From Octopus vulgaris (taxonomy: Eukaryota), in NCBI GenBank assembly GCA_951406725.2, contig OX597824.1:1364001-1428000 (forward strand): a stretch of 64,000 nucleotides of DNA, given 5' to 3'. The notes under the pieces were generated by a model. It saw only the letters and a list, made by a program, of their open reading frames with translations, did no database searches and was not told the DNA's origin. This document shows, piece by piece, positions 1 through 13,930 of the stretch. Within the stretch, counting starts at the first letter, position 1, and each line of letters opens with the position of its first letter. The translations under genes were made by a program, and so were the position numbers.

Positions 1-386
1 AGAATACAAACCACTAACAGTAGGTAAAAAATAGATGTAGTAAAAAAAACCCGAGTTCAAGTGTGCATGGGCACACAGACACACACACACACATAAACAC
101 ACGCAAACACACACACATACACACAAGCATACAAAAAGGAGATGTTACGTGTGAACTATTTGATAGGATATACGAAAGAAGGTATTGAAAAACCAGATGA
201 AGTTGTTAAATATTTTAATTACCATTTATTAAAGAAAATACATGTTAAATAATGTGCCATGTTTCGAAGATTAAAATATAAAAACTATTATCGTTTTCAA
301 GATTGTTTTATAAGGTTAATTAATTTATTTTCATGAAATTATTTCACGATTTTTAAAACATTTTTTGCTATATTCCGTTATATATA

Positions 387-448
<62 letters not shown>

Positions 449-495
449 CATGCATGTACATATATATATTATATATATATATATATTTATATTTA

Positions 496-549
<54 letters not shown>

Positions 550-749
550 TTTCCATTCTACATAAACATAAAAATATATATTTATATATGTGTAGAAATA
601 TGCGTATATTTTCCATATATTTATATATATTAATATTTATATAGTTATATATATAAATATTTCTATATTTCTGTATATATATATATATTTTGGAAATGTA
701 TGCATATTCATGTGTGTACATATATATATGTACACACACACAAGCACAT

Positions 750-812
<63 letters not shown>

Positions 813-1127
813 CATTTACATATACAAATATCATTGTATAAATATTAATATCCTTCTTATTGAAACACTAAGCAGCCTTTTTCACAAACTATTATTCTAA
901 GTAGTATAAATTTTAACCAACACTCTTTACGAGTGTGTGTGTGTGTGTGTAGTAATATGCGCCGAGCAGGTGTAAAGCAACGTCAACACAATAATTCTCA
1001 ATGGGGAGATAAAATGTTGACGTTGCAGTCAGATTCGGTCCGAATTGGATCACATATCATGAACTGTGCATCTGTCTATTATTTTCACACCGAAGAAATG
1101 TGCATCCATGCACAGTCATTGCAATAC

Positions 1128-1550
1128 AGGACTTCACTAAACCAAAATATCTAATTTGCATGACTAGTCTACTACAAAGACCAACTATTGTTTTATTACA
1201 AGTTTCAGCTGAAGTTTCGTGTGTCATTTAGGTAAAGGGCCACAGGGGTTTTATAAGATCATTTTAGTTATAAATTTTACTAAACCGAAAGGTCTGATTT
1301 GCATGACTAGCCTACTGAAAAGCCCATCTATTGTTGTAATAGAGGTTTTAGCTAACGCTTCATGTTTAATACTATGGACAGGGCTATATTATCTCTCTGT
1401 GGCAGCAAAAGTGAGATCGGTCCAACAGGTTTCGGTCCTATTTGGGACATTCTTCAGGAACCGTGCACTTCTTTGTCCTCTGCCCACAGATATATATATT
1501 ATTGCAATTTCAATTTAGGACTTCACTAAATAGGAAAACCGATTTGAATA
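1128..1550. repeat. Diverged local repeat, two ~90 bp copies plus a partial third
   Basis: actaaacc...atttgcatgactag.ctact...ctattgtt at ~1128-1218 and ~1273-1361. The aggacttcactaaa start recurs at ~1517. Confidence 0.65.
1418..1463 (-). ncRNA. Type I hammerhead ribozyme motif (minimal, Penelope-like element type)
   Basis: Minus strand reads CGGTTC-CTGAAGA-at GTCC caaata GGAC c-GAAA-CCTG-TT-GGACCG: CUGANGA and GAAA boxes, stem I CGGTTC/GGACCG, stem II GTCC/GGAC. Stem I extends imperfectly over about 1386-1500. Confidence 0.6.
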
Positions 1551-1710
1551 AATAACGCATTGCTGGCAAACAGTCCCAATAAGTTCCAGTAATTAATTAC
1601 TGTTACACTAAGCAGGTTCTATAGACATAGTAATTGCATTATATACATACGTACATGTACGTATGTATGCAAGCATGTATGTAACCTATGTATGTATATA
1701 TGTATGTATG

Positions 1711-1759
<49 letters not shown>

Positions 1760-2728
1760 TTATGTATTAATATATTTGTATGTATGTATTTATGTATTAA
1801 TATATTTGTATGTATGCATATTATATGTACATATATATGTATATAATATATATGCAGATATATATACATGTATAATATACATACGTAGGTATATAATCTA
1901 TCTATCTATATATATATATATGTATATATGTATATACATGCATATGTATATATATATATATGTGTGTGTGTGTATATATATAAATATGTATATGTATATT
2001 TATATGTATACATACACACACATATAGCATATACATAAACATATAGGTCAATAAATTCGCATAGATACAGATGCGAAACAATATTCATATTTATAAATGT
2101 GTATTGATTTAAACACGTGTATATATTCATGTATGTACATGATACAGACGTATATATATGTGTGTGTGTGTGTACATGTGTATATGTGTATGTATATATG
2201 TGAATGTGTGCGTGTATATATATATATGCATTTATATATATGTACCCATACATGTGTATGCATGCATGTGTGCTGGTATGTGCGTGTATGAACGCGCACG
2301 TGTGTGCAAGTATGTGATTCCGTGTATTACAGGTTCATATTTTCCTAGATTCTTTTCAGCCTGCAAGGAATATGCTGATAATTCTCTTCTCTACACATCG
2401 ATCGCTCATTCTTTCATGTTAAACTCAAACAAAAAGCGAGTAAATATCGCTCTCATCTTTTCAATCATTGTAGCATAATGGGAACACCATGTTCGATAAC
2501 TCTCACCACTTGCAGGCGAGATATGCTTCTCTATAAAAAAAGGAAAGGAAAAACGATGCTCTCAACAGATTGTGCGGGTAAATAGACAATGAAAATTAGA
2601 TGACAATAATCTTAAAAAAATATCAATAAAGAAGACGATGATTATCTGGGAGGTATTAATCTTCGTCCAAAAAATATTTAATGTATCTCTCCTCCACTGT
2701 CCCTCTCTTGCTCTCTCTCTCATATCTA

Positions 2729-2777
<49 letters not shown>

Positions 2778-2848
2778 TGTATTTATATATATACATATAT
2801 ATATGCATACATACGCATATATATACATATATATATATATATACATAC

Positions 2849-2890
<42 letters not shown>

Positions 2891-2915
2891 TATATATATT
2901 TATTCATTGAAATTG

Positions 2916-2946
<31 letters not shown>

Positions 2947-3374
2947 AATTTATGTAATATTTATGTCTAAATATATCAGCACAGAATCTGCTTTTGTTTC
3001 CGCTGTCATTTCATTAAAGACGAATGCGTACAAGATTTCACTTACATATATATTTTACGTATATACTCGTAAGTGAATATACATAAAATGTCATATCATG
3101 TACACACTACATACTTATATCTATGTATCTATATATACATATATAATATACATATATACATCATATATATGATATATATGATATATATATAGATACATGC
3201 ATATATAATACAGTACTTATATGTATCTATTTACATATGTATGTATATGGTTGTGTGTGTGCATTTCTTTATATGTATCGATACAGTGCGCATTCTCTTC
3301 GTAGAAATCATTGTTCAGATATTCCACAGGGCTTCTCTGCATTGTTCTCTGAAGAACCACTCGTGTCACTGGGA

Positions 3375-3484
3375 TCACAATGACGCCACACTATCTTTGT
3401 CCGTCTTGATGTCTGTCGGACTGCAGACTGCTCTTGCCTGTGCCGAATTCTGCACATTGAGTTTTATGTGCTCAGTAAATGTAC
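3375..3484 (-). CDS. Possible terminal coding exon of an unidentified gene
   Basis: Minus-strand acceptor ttattcttttgcag at 3485-3498, then one open frame TFTEHIKLNVQNSAQARAVCSPTDIKTDKDSVASL* in non-repetitive, relatively GC-balanced sequence. No homology recognised. Confidence 0.25.
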
Positions 3485-3924
3485 CTGCAAAAGAATAAGG
3501 ATATGCATTAAAGACCAGAAAATTAAGCATCCATATTTCATAAACAGTACATGCATGTATATTGTGAAATATTTGCGTCTGTGTGTGTGTATATATATAT
3601 ATATGTATATGTATAGAGAGAGAGGGAGGAGAGAGATATAGGAAGATAGATATTTAGATAAATAAATAGATAGATAGATAGATAGATAAATAGATATTGC
3701 ATTTTAACTCTTTCTAAGCAGCAGGAAGTTCCAATAGTAATCTAAATACCGAGAGATTTTTGCAGGGATTTTCAGCCAATTAAAAGCAAGTTTGATAAAA
3801 TAGATATTTGATAAAAGCTATACGTTTACAATAACAACGACAACAACAACAATAACGGCAACATCAGTAATAACACATCGATGAATACATATAAATAAGT
3901 ATACTTTTTGCCTTTCATCTTCCA

Positions 3925-4170
3925 CCTGTTTGAATCAGTGCAGTACGGACATGCTGGCAAAACGCCTCAGTCGAACCACGTGATCGGCCATTTCATTTTT
4001 CAATGTCTGGTACTTATTTTATTCGTCTCTTTTGCCGAATCGCTAAGTTACGCTGACGTAGATACACCAAGACCGGTGGTCAAGTGGGGATGAGGGACGT
4101 ACACAGACAACTTCACACATAAACATAACACACACACATATATACAAAGAGCTTCTATCAGTTTCCTTTA
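3925..4170 (-). mobile_element. tRNA-derived SINE family A, degenerate partial copy
   Basis: tctcttttgccgaatcgctaagttacg...acaccaagaccggt matches the reverse complement of the copy at 50780-51163. Confidence 0.7.
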
Positions 4171-4769
4171 TTATTAGTCAATTTCTTAAATATCCAGCTA
4201 ACTAATTGATTGCTTGTTGAATTTGGTTAAGCTGTAAGTCATTTCGTTTATCAATTTGAGCTGCAAGATTCCTGATGTGAAATTGTGTGTTGAAATAGAT
4301 ATTGTATTGGCATAGAAATAATTTTCTTTAGCCCTTATTTATAAGTTGTTTATAATTTTAACCTTAAAGGTATTTTAATATGCTGCCACATTTTCTGATG
4401 AATTTTTTTTCTGTAAAAAGGTTTCATCCTATATTAGTAGTAGACTTATTACTATTCGCTATAGTAATAAAAGCTTCAATAAAAAAAACTTTCTTAATCA
4501 AATAAACTCCTTTGTTTATATCTAATCCCCTGTGTTATTGTATTTCTGATTAGATTAAGAAGCGCTTGTGTCCATAACAAAAAGTTATAAGAAAAATTGG
4601 GGAATTTTTAATTCCATGGAAATTACGTATTTTATATCGTATTTTATGGACATTAGCATCAATTGTTTATTGTTTTCCACTGACAAAATCATTAGTTTAT
4701 TGCATTTTAGAACCTCAAGAGAAACAGTTAATTGCTTGCTAAACGCGGCGGAAACCGATTCTGATTTGA

Positions 4770-4975
4770 AATTTTGATACAAGGCCAGCAATTGCAGAGG
4801 AACGCGTGAGTCGGTGACATCAACCTCGGTGTTCAGGGGGTAATTATTTTCATGGGACCCGGAAGGATAAAAAGCTAAGTCGACCCCGGTGGTATTTGAA
4901 CTCAGAATGTAATTACGGACGAAATGCTGCTAAGCATCTTGCCCGGCGTTCTAATGGTTCCGCCTGCTCGGCGCT
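4770..4975 (-). mobile_element. tRNA-derived SINE family B
   Basis: gtcgaccccggtggtatttgaactcagaatgta...gacgaaatgctgctaagcat...ccggcgttctaa matches the reverse complement of 31408-31620. Confidence 0.8.
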
Positions 4976-5139
4976 TTTTGTCGGAAACACATTGCAATGT
5001 GTTTCTATTCAATTGCACCAGTTTTTAGGTTTTCTCGTCGATTTTTGCATCTTTAACGAACTTCACACGTACGCAGTCCAAATCCCACACAAGCATACAT
5101 GTATACGCACACAGATATAAATATCTATATATACTCACA

Positions 5140-5191
<52 letters not shown>

Positions 5192-6075
5192 TGTGTGTCT
5201 GTGTGCATGCGTTTGAAAGTCGCGCTTCGTCGCCATTCCGTCTATAGAGTTTCTCGCACAAGACATTAGTCTGTTCGAAACTCTGGTAGAAATCACGTGT
5301 TCAAAGAAACCGAAAGTCCGTTGATTTCAAATGAGCTCGTTAACCTCACCAACATGACATGCATGCGCCGTATTGTGGCAGAGACTTAACGATACCAACC
5401 AAGCTCTAAATAAACACCATATAAGGAAACGGTGATATAACACTCTTTATGTTTTGCTCTTATTAATCATAACTGTAATAGATTAGCTCACACCGCAGAC
5501 ATGATACAACAGTCTTGTCATCATAAGATCATTTAAGTATTTGTGAGCGGGAAAGCTGAACTGTTGATCATTACGCCATAGCAAAGTGTTTTACGAAAAC
5601 TTAGATGAGTAATATTTAAAGAGTTTCGATTTCCCATGAGTTCATGGTACTCACAATATAATTCAAAAAGTTGATTTAAAACTGAGAGAAAACAACGAAA
5701 AGAAAACCAAACAATTAAAACGAAATTTTCTGATGTATATGATTCAACAACTAGTTTGCTAATTGAATCTATTTAGATAACATCGCTTTGTTTTTACAAT
5801 TTCAGTGACAGACAGACAGACACACGCACGCATGAACACACGCACACACACATACACATACAAACAAAATGTGTATTTTTGTTAAAACAGGAGGTTATAT
5901 ATAATACATATACGCATAAGTGTACATATATACAGGTATGCATATCAGCATATACATTTATATACGTATACATGCATATATATATATATATACCTATACA
6001 TGCGCACAAAGACAAACATATATTTATAACAATCTTTTTATCTATTTAGCTAGCCTTCCCTTTCTGTCTGTCTCT

Positions 6076-6114
<39 letters not shown>

Positions 6115-8603
6115 TAAAATACACACACACGTATATATATATATGCAAACTACTACAAAAGTATGTGTTCAGGTGAATGCGAAATATGATTAAATTTTTC
6201 CAAGCAATTTAATAATCTTAAAATATTCGTTAAACAAACTTCAATCAAATTTAATAAAAACACGAGACTGCGCACTTGTTTAGATTCTAAACATGTATTT
6301 ATCCAATGACTTTGTTGAACTCCTACGTACCTGACTTAATGCAGTCACCTGCAGCAATTTTCGAAATATTAATCTATATTTTAAAATTTGTAATTGGTTT
6401 ATGTATGTATGAATGTATGTATGTATATATGCATGTATGTATGGATATATATATATATATGTGTGTGTGTATAGGTATACATATATATTATATATCTATA
6501 CATATATATATATGTATACACACGTACCTACATATACACACTTGATATCAGAGAACAAAAAATGCTCATGCGTAAACGTTACGTATTTTCTTTTAAGTTA
6601 ATTATAAAGATACAAAAATGACTGGAAATAATGGAGATAATAATAATGATATAATTGAAAGTAAAAGAATAAATAAAATAACTAAGAAAGTAATAATTGA
6701 TAAGAATGTTACTTTTCGTATTTTGCTAGAGAGCTCTCTGGAGATAAGAACGAGTCTGCTTGTGAACATTTTTCTTCAATTTACAAAATAATTGAATATA
6801 AAACATAATACACAAGGAATATCTTTAGATGAAGCAATAACACCTATTATATCTATTTAAATTCATTCTATCTTTTATCTATTCGCGTCCAAATATATAT
6901 TGCATAAAATATATTCATAAGAAAATATGTAGTGCTTTCTAATTTTCTCATTTTTTGGACACTTCAATAGATTTTTTTCTAATAATTTTCAAAATTTTAT
7001 TTACTCTCCACTCACTATAATGTAGTAAGACATTGGCAAATAAATATGAAAATGTGGTTGCTGTTACTGTTACTGACATCTTAGTCTGTGAAAGTTAATT
7101 GTTTCGTTTCCTCTGAAGAATACTTCAAAAGATGAATCCTTATTGAATATAAATTCTCAATATAAACAACCACGTTAATACGATGACAAAAAATACTATG
7201 GTATATTATTACAACATACTATTGATATAGGGTTGTCAAGGGATAGAACCGTTAGAGCATTGGACAAAATGCTATGCGATATTTATTTAATAACAGCGCA
7301 TTGCATTCTAAGTTCAAATTACGCCGATGTTATCATTTCATTTCATCTCTCCAACATAATATATGGAATCTACTTTTCATTTCCGAAATACAATAGACTA
7401 GGTTTTTATATATTTTCGCTTAATATATCTTTAGAAATTCTGAATAAATTTATCTCTTTGAAAAATTAAATGCAATGAAAATGTAGTTCATCCTATATAT
7501 ATGATGTAGAAAAATACATGATATAATCACGTCCACCTAAATAATGCTTGTTAATTAAGAGAGAAAGTAACAGAGATATTTAGAAGCAATGATCCACCAT
7601 TTCTATACTGATTGATTTTTGCAAGTTCTTATTTTACTTAAAAGTAAAACGAGATCTGTCTTGATTAGGCAACAATATATTTCTGCAAGAGACACCTATT
7701 TCTGAAAGACTATGTAGCGGTAAGCGACTCCACAAGGAGATTGGATGTTAACTATATTTGTGTTCGTAGATAGATGTGATGTAGCATAATTGACGAGTGT
7801 ATACATTGTTAACAAAATAAAAATAAAATAATATAAAACATAAAAAAAAGGAAGAAAGAGAAGAAACTTATTGAAAGGCGACAGACAGCTTAAGTTTGAA
7901 ATAACACTAATATGATTTTTTCTAGAAATGCTAATTTTCTGACATAGAGAGATGAAGAATTCGGTTATGTTTATCAAACCATCCTGAATTAATTTATTCT
8001 TTTTGCTCGACGACGAGCAAATAATATTCCATGGGGTGATAATGTTTTGTGTGTGTTTTCTCGGGAGTGTACGAAATAATATGGTGAGGCAGAAGTTGTA
8101 TATTACATACCGTGGTTGGTTGCGGTAGTTATCGTGGCACTACTGGTAGGAGCACGCTTATAGGTGGCTGAGTTCATTATCAGCTTTCGTACGTTCTTCT
8201 CAGGATGGAAAAGAATAATGTACATTTTGGGGACGAAAAGGCAGAGAAGAGCCACTGAAGCACTCAAGCTTATTGAAATACAGAGTGTGGTGATCTGAAT
8301 CTGAAATATATACAAAAGATGCAACCGTTAGTAAGATGTCATACAGTATACAGTAATCAGTATTATATTACCAACAAGAGGGTTAGTCGTCATACGATGA
8401 GTAACTTTGGAAGTATACTTTTGCTATCATGAGTAATGCTAAAAAACATGGCGTACATACAGTAATTGTAATTAACTTTTATCAAATTTTATCCAAATTT
8501 TCAAAAGAAACATGCGTATTGCCTTAAATAAAAATTAAATAAAAACAAATTTGTCATTTGGGTAACTCCTTCCATTATTAATCTAGCATTTACTCCTTCT
8601 TTC

Positions 8604-9500
8604 TGTGATACTCTCTCTTCCTTTTTCACTCTGTGCGCGTCTAGTTTCAATCCTCATTACCTGCTTCAAGTTTGCCACGTGCACTCATCTTGTACCATTT
8701 ATGCCCTCACTTTGTACATTTATTTTACTTTTTCTCTCCTTCTCTCTATACAATGTAAAGTGTGACAAGAGAAATGAACCAACCAACCAACCAACCAACC
8801 ATTCAGTCTTTATATCGGGTATTATTACATAGATGTCTAAAAGTCTGTGTGGGAGAGGAACCCATGCTTCTAAATCCGTTTGGATTCGACATAGCACTTT
8901 CTACTTCCGGAGTGGAAAGAAGACATGATATGATAAGTCAGAAATTATATAATGTGTGATGCTGCGAATAAAATATTGTTTCGAATTATTAACACTCCAC
9001 TTTCAGAAATTAAATATTTTCTGCATATTTACACCAACGCTACATTTCGACTATTTGATTACCGATCATCATCGTGCAATTTAGACAACTATTCCGAGAT
9101 CGCATCCAGCCCAGTACTGTTCATATTCGGGAATAAGATACCTGAGGATACACAGACAAATCGAATGTTGTGTCGGACGTCACCGGGTGAGAAGTGGACT
9201 GGTTCACTACTAATGAATAAAAGAAAGACTCAGTAAGTAGTGTCAGTCAGCAAGGTACGCTGTTGGGGCCAGTCAGGCAGACGGCGAAATACGTCGCCAT
9301 AATGCGGGACATATCGAAACACAGATTCTATAGATTAAGCAAAGCTTCATTTGTAGAATGAACATCCGAACAAATTCGATCTTCCCATCAACCTGTCTGT
9401 TTAGGAAACATGAACGGACAGAATATGAACCTGGATGAAAACTTAAAATCTAGTCCACTAAAACCTATTCAAGGCCCTATACGACCGTAGCCTGATAACG
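8604..9500 (+). mobile_element. Highly decayed Gypsy-type LTR retrotransposon remnant
   Basis: TG...CA bounded segment 8604-8829. Integrase C-terminal-like words SSPVLFIFGNKI, EKWTG and ADGEIRRHNAGHI at ~9100-9320. Confidence 0.4.
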
Positions 9501-10295
9501 AAAAGAATAAAACCATACAATACACCATTGATTACCTGACTCCAGTCATTATTACCAATTATAGTCAATGAAACACATGAGGTGTCTACCGGGCTTTCTG
9601 CAGCTAATAAACAGATTCATTCTGCTCGACATTGCTATTGCACACTCATTTAAGCTATGCGCTTCTCAGTTCCATGAGAATATTCTATATCTATCTGTAC
9701 ACATAAACATTCACATACGCGCGCTCGCACACGCGCACACACATACACCTTGTAGATATGCGTACACGGAAGTTACCCTTTTAATGATTCGGCACCACTT
9801 TCGTTCAGAAAATACCATAAAGTCTATTTGGAATTTCAAGGAGGTATAACAGTTATATGATATATTATTTATAGTATATCCTTTAGGTATTAGTTGCTTA
9901 ATATCCAGCAAGTTTCAGAAAACTTCGAAACATGTTTTTGTCTTTAGTAAGTTTTTCACTTATTTAATACATGAACTTTCTTTCCTCTCGAGAATGACTA
10001 AATTTATCCGTAGAAAAAGTTGAATTGTTAGCCCAAAGCTAACATATTGCAAACAGAATTTCACGCTTACACCAACACGCTGCTTAAGAAAGTAAACTTG
10101 CAAAGTTTGTAAAGATTTACTTTATTCCCAGTGGTTAACTTGTTTACTCACCAGATTTATTGGAAGTGTTCTTATTTTATTTTCTTACACTTGCGTAGGA
10201 AAGGAAATCTCTATCATATACAAAGATTACTTGTTGACGGAGCGTTAGTATAACTGGGTTTTTAGTTCAAGAAAAGAAAAATGTTTATATATATC

Positions 10296-10490
10296 ATTTG
10301 TTGTGTGGGCGACCCCAGACGATGAAGTAGGCTCGCCCAATACGTAGATATAGAGGGAGAACCCTAGACGTCAAGAGGACAGCTGAGAGCACAGTGGAGC
10401 AGTAGCTCAGGTAGCAGTGGAACAGAGTAGAGAGCAGAGTTGAGTAGTAGAGGCATCCGAACGTGCGACATAACATCATTGAATCAGTCC
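10296..10490 (+). repeat. Interspersed repeat, possibly a solo LTR; second copy inverted at ~35625-35751
   Basis: atttgttgtgtgggcg.ccc.a.acgatgaagtaggct...tacgtagatatagaggga...tagacgtca...gagttgagtag is shared by both copies in opposite orientation. Confidence 0.7.
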
Positions 10491-11316
10491 AACTATGTTT
10501 CTATTGTTTACTTCTATACCCCAGGGTTGATTAAAAACTAAAGCCGACTTCGGGAGAGTTTGAACTTATGAAATAGAAAGAGAAGGTGAAAAGCTAGGAA
10601 AATAGTTTTCTTATATCTTTTCGGTCCATTAGTGTTCTTCATCGGTTGAAATAATCACTCGGGGTTGGACTAAGCAACCTGCATTACTTTGTCCTCTATC
10701 ATGGTTAGAAAACCGCTACAAGGTCCAGTCCTAGTTGTGGTGCAGTGGATTGTGCGTTTGAATGACTCTGAGAGATTTCCCAGCGAAGTACAAGATCCTA
10801 TTAGAGCCTCCCATTTAGAGCAAATCAAAGGGCAAGATTACAGAAGCATCGATGATAATTAAATACCAACAAGACTTAGATAAGGAAGACCTTCTTTCAG
10901 GTAAATACACGACGCAATGCATCAAATCCTCAAAGGATAGGCGGGGGCGGAAAACGGGGCCGAGCAGAAAAAAGGAGAGATCCAAATAGAGAGAGGCAGA
11001 ATAGGCAGTCCAGCGTCTAGAACAGTGAAGAAAAGATGGTTATGGTTTACGTCTCGTAGGGTATCAAAGTGCTGAAATTAGTATGTTGGTTCGATAAAGC
11101 ATCAGTTAAGTACCGAAATGAATTCAGTACCAAAAGGAAACTTTTGGCTTTAGTCCTGTATTAAAATCTATAATTGTTCTTATAGAAGTAATAGATTTTG
11201 CAAGGTGATATATATAGTTAAGTGAATTTTCTAGTAAATCAAATTATTCGCCTGGACGTTATAAACACGTGTTTCTCTTCGGTACTAAGATGGGCGATAT
11301 TCTTTAATACTAAAGG

Positions 11317-12185
11317 GTGAGTGTGTTTGTTTAAAACCATTTCAAAAACTAACAACCAAAGTGTCGTATTTGTTTTGATATCTTACCACCTTAAAAACGG
11401 AAAGATGTCAGATAATGTAATCAAAGATAGCTGCCCACAACAACAAATGCAGTACAATTACGGCAGTAAAGTCATGAAGCGTACATCCGTTTCCGTAGGA
11501 AATAATTCAACTCTATATTGACTCATTGAAGTTTGGCGGCAACTGACGGATAACACACACTTCATACCACTTCGACAATCTATCCATAGAAACCTTCTCA
11601 AATGTTCTGGCCTCTGTTTAAATGTCTAAGTCAATGTAAAGTAAAAATGATCTTCCTAGAAGCGCAATTCAATGAAAAGGTATCAAACATTTTTAAATGC
11701 ACACTGTATTAGAGACCAATGCTCTATCCACATAGAAATTTCACAATTCGTCAACAATTAGAGATATACGTATGGTAATTCTGCAATTTATGTCTTTAAT
11801 GCTATTTTGGCGACTAAATATATTCGCAAGTTATCTTTAGAACCTCCATCATAAATTATCTTTACAACTTCCACAGTTTATCGTCTACGACGTTTACACT
11901 GGACCACGTTTGGTTGTATGTAATGTCTCCGCAATAAAATTGCACTTAACTTTAAAAGAGGGTTAGATTGTAATTGTGAGTGTATTTGTTTAAAACCATT
12001 TCAAAAACTAACAACCAAAGTGTCGTATTTGTTTTGATATCTTACCACCTTAAAAACGGAAAGATGTCAGATAATGTAATCAAAGATAGCTGCCCACAAC
12101 AACAAATGCAGTACAATTACGGCAGTAAAGTCATGAAGCGTACATCCGTTTCCGTAGGAAATAATTGAACTCTATATTGACTCAT
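11317..12185 (+). mobile_element. Internally deleted (TRIM-like) LTR element with two 210 bp direct repeats
   Basis: 11317-11526 and 11976-12185 differ at 2 positions by eye. TGGCGGC at 11534, gag-like MIFLEAQF at 11647, purine tract aaaagaggg at 11954-11962. Confidence 0.6.
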
Positions 12186-13641
12186 CATTGCTCTGAGTAT
12201 CAGAGTAGATATCATGTGATCTAAACTAAGGAAAAACAACGGCAGTAAATACATATTCGCAACTATTCAACAGCTCATACGACATTTATTTCCACTAAGC
12301 ATCTGCGATTAAATTGAATCTGTAAAAAACCTCTGCGTCAAAAATAAGATTGTTTGAACAATTTTACGAGACAGAAAACAAGAGTAACATAGATTTTTAA
12401 ACTTAAAACAAAAAGAACAGCAACAATATATAATTGCATTTCAATATTTTCAGTGAGTTCTGTCATCGCAGAAATAATAAAAAAAGAAATTACGAAAATG
12501 TATTCGAATGATACATCAAAATAAATAAAAAGTAAAAAACATGAAAAAGCTCTCCAAGATTTTTTTAAATGTTTATAAACATTAAGAACTAGAAGTTATA
12601 AAAAGTAACTAAAAACAGAAACAAGAATGAACTTTAGAAAAAAAAAAGCAGAAAGGACATCAAGAAGATAATGCAAATAAGGAAAAGAAAATTTAAAATT
12701 ATAATTTTAAATGGCGGATGTGCAAAGTAACATTTGTTTTCGTTAAACACTGTACAATATTTGGTTGTATGAATTGTGTTCATAATATAATTGCATTTCG
12801 TAATTACAGCAGAAGATTGCAATGTAACTGTGTGTTTGTTTAAAAAAATTAATTTAATTAAATCTAATTTATCCAACTCAGAATAATTTAAGGTTTAGAA
12901 AATCTAATCAAGAATAGTACCGTACGAGTGTAAGAGTTACATTGGAGAAGAGTCCATAAAAGGCTAATTTTCAAACTTTCCAATAACAAAAGTACAAATG
13001 TAAAAATTCGCCCACTTTTTTTCGGTAAATTCTTCATTTATGTTCACTAGCTTTAAGTGTGTACTCCTATTCCTAGTACAGAAATTTCATAATCCTTCGA
13101 CTTCTGCTACTTTTCGAGAGGAAAGTGTTGTGCTATCGAAATTGATTTATCTAACTCCCTCCATTCACATTAACCTAACTCAGGGTATTACTTCTCTGCT
13201 TTTTATTCTGCTTCTTTAGTCTCTGCGCCCGCCACTTTCCATTCTTGCTACCTAAGAGTGTCAACCATTTTGAATTTTCTCCAAGCATATATTCCTTGCG
13301 GCTGTCAACTTACACTAATAGTGATATCACTAGTCATGGAAATCCTGCAAAGGGAACGAACAAAATATTTCCCTCTAGACCTAAACGGACTCATGTGAAA
13401 TCGGTTAGAGGTTAAAAGCTATAGTCAGGTTTAGTCGTAATAAAACATCTAACGTTGTGACAGAGATATATATTTCTATGAAGGTGTGCTGACAACTGTG
13501 TGATATCAGTGTATGACTTCCACTTTATCAACTCTTAAAAGACTAAAATAAGACTAAACTCTTAAAGGATCTACTAAGCACATTGTCAAGGTGCCTGGGT
13601 CGCTACCGAATAGAGCTTGTCACTAAAATCCCCTTTATATT

Positions 13642-13930
13642 TGTAAGTAATAATGATCTCTCAGATCGTCTTCAGCCTACAAATGATGTTGGAGTGTGCA
13701 GACAGTTGAAGACACCTCCGAAAGGTGGGGCCCCGCCACGTCAAAACGGTAGAAGAGTAGGGGCCAAAACTGGACGTGGTTCCTCCTGATGATGTTTTCA
13801 GCTAACTGAATCATATAAAGAAGTTGTTGAGGTAGCAGACCACGAAACACGGTTGTAATTCCTGTAAGTAATAATGATCTCTCAGATTATCTTGAGCCTA
13901 CAAATGATGTTGGAATGTGCAAGCAGTTGA
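13642..13930 (+). repeat. 68 bp direct repeat pair with 221 bp period
   Basis: tgtaagtaataatgatctctcagat...cagttga at 13642-13709 and 13863-13930. Confidence 0.9.

Noticed and set aside
8081-8163. Hydrophobic stretch [18 protein letters not shown] as a signal-peptide exon for the candidate precursor
   Set aside because: There is an upstream in-frame stop, no in-frame ATG, and the donor phase does not match the 19758 exon.
11321-12168. Duplicated 62-66 aa ORFs
   Set aside because: They are a by-product of the 210 bp direct repeat, with GTG starts and no recognisable motif.
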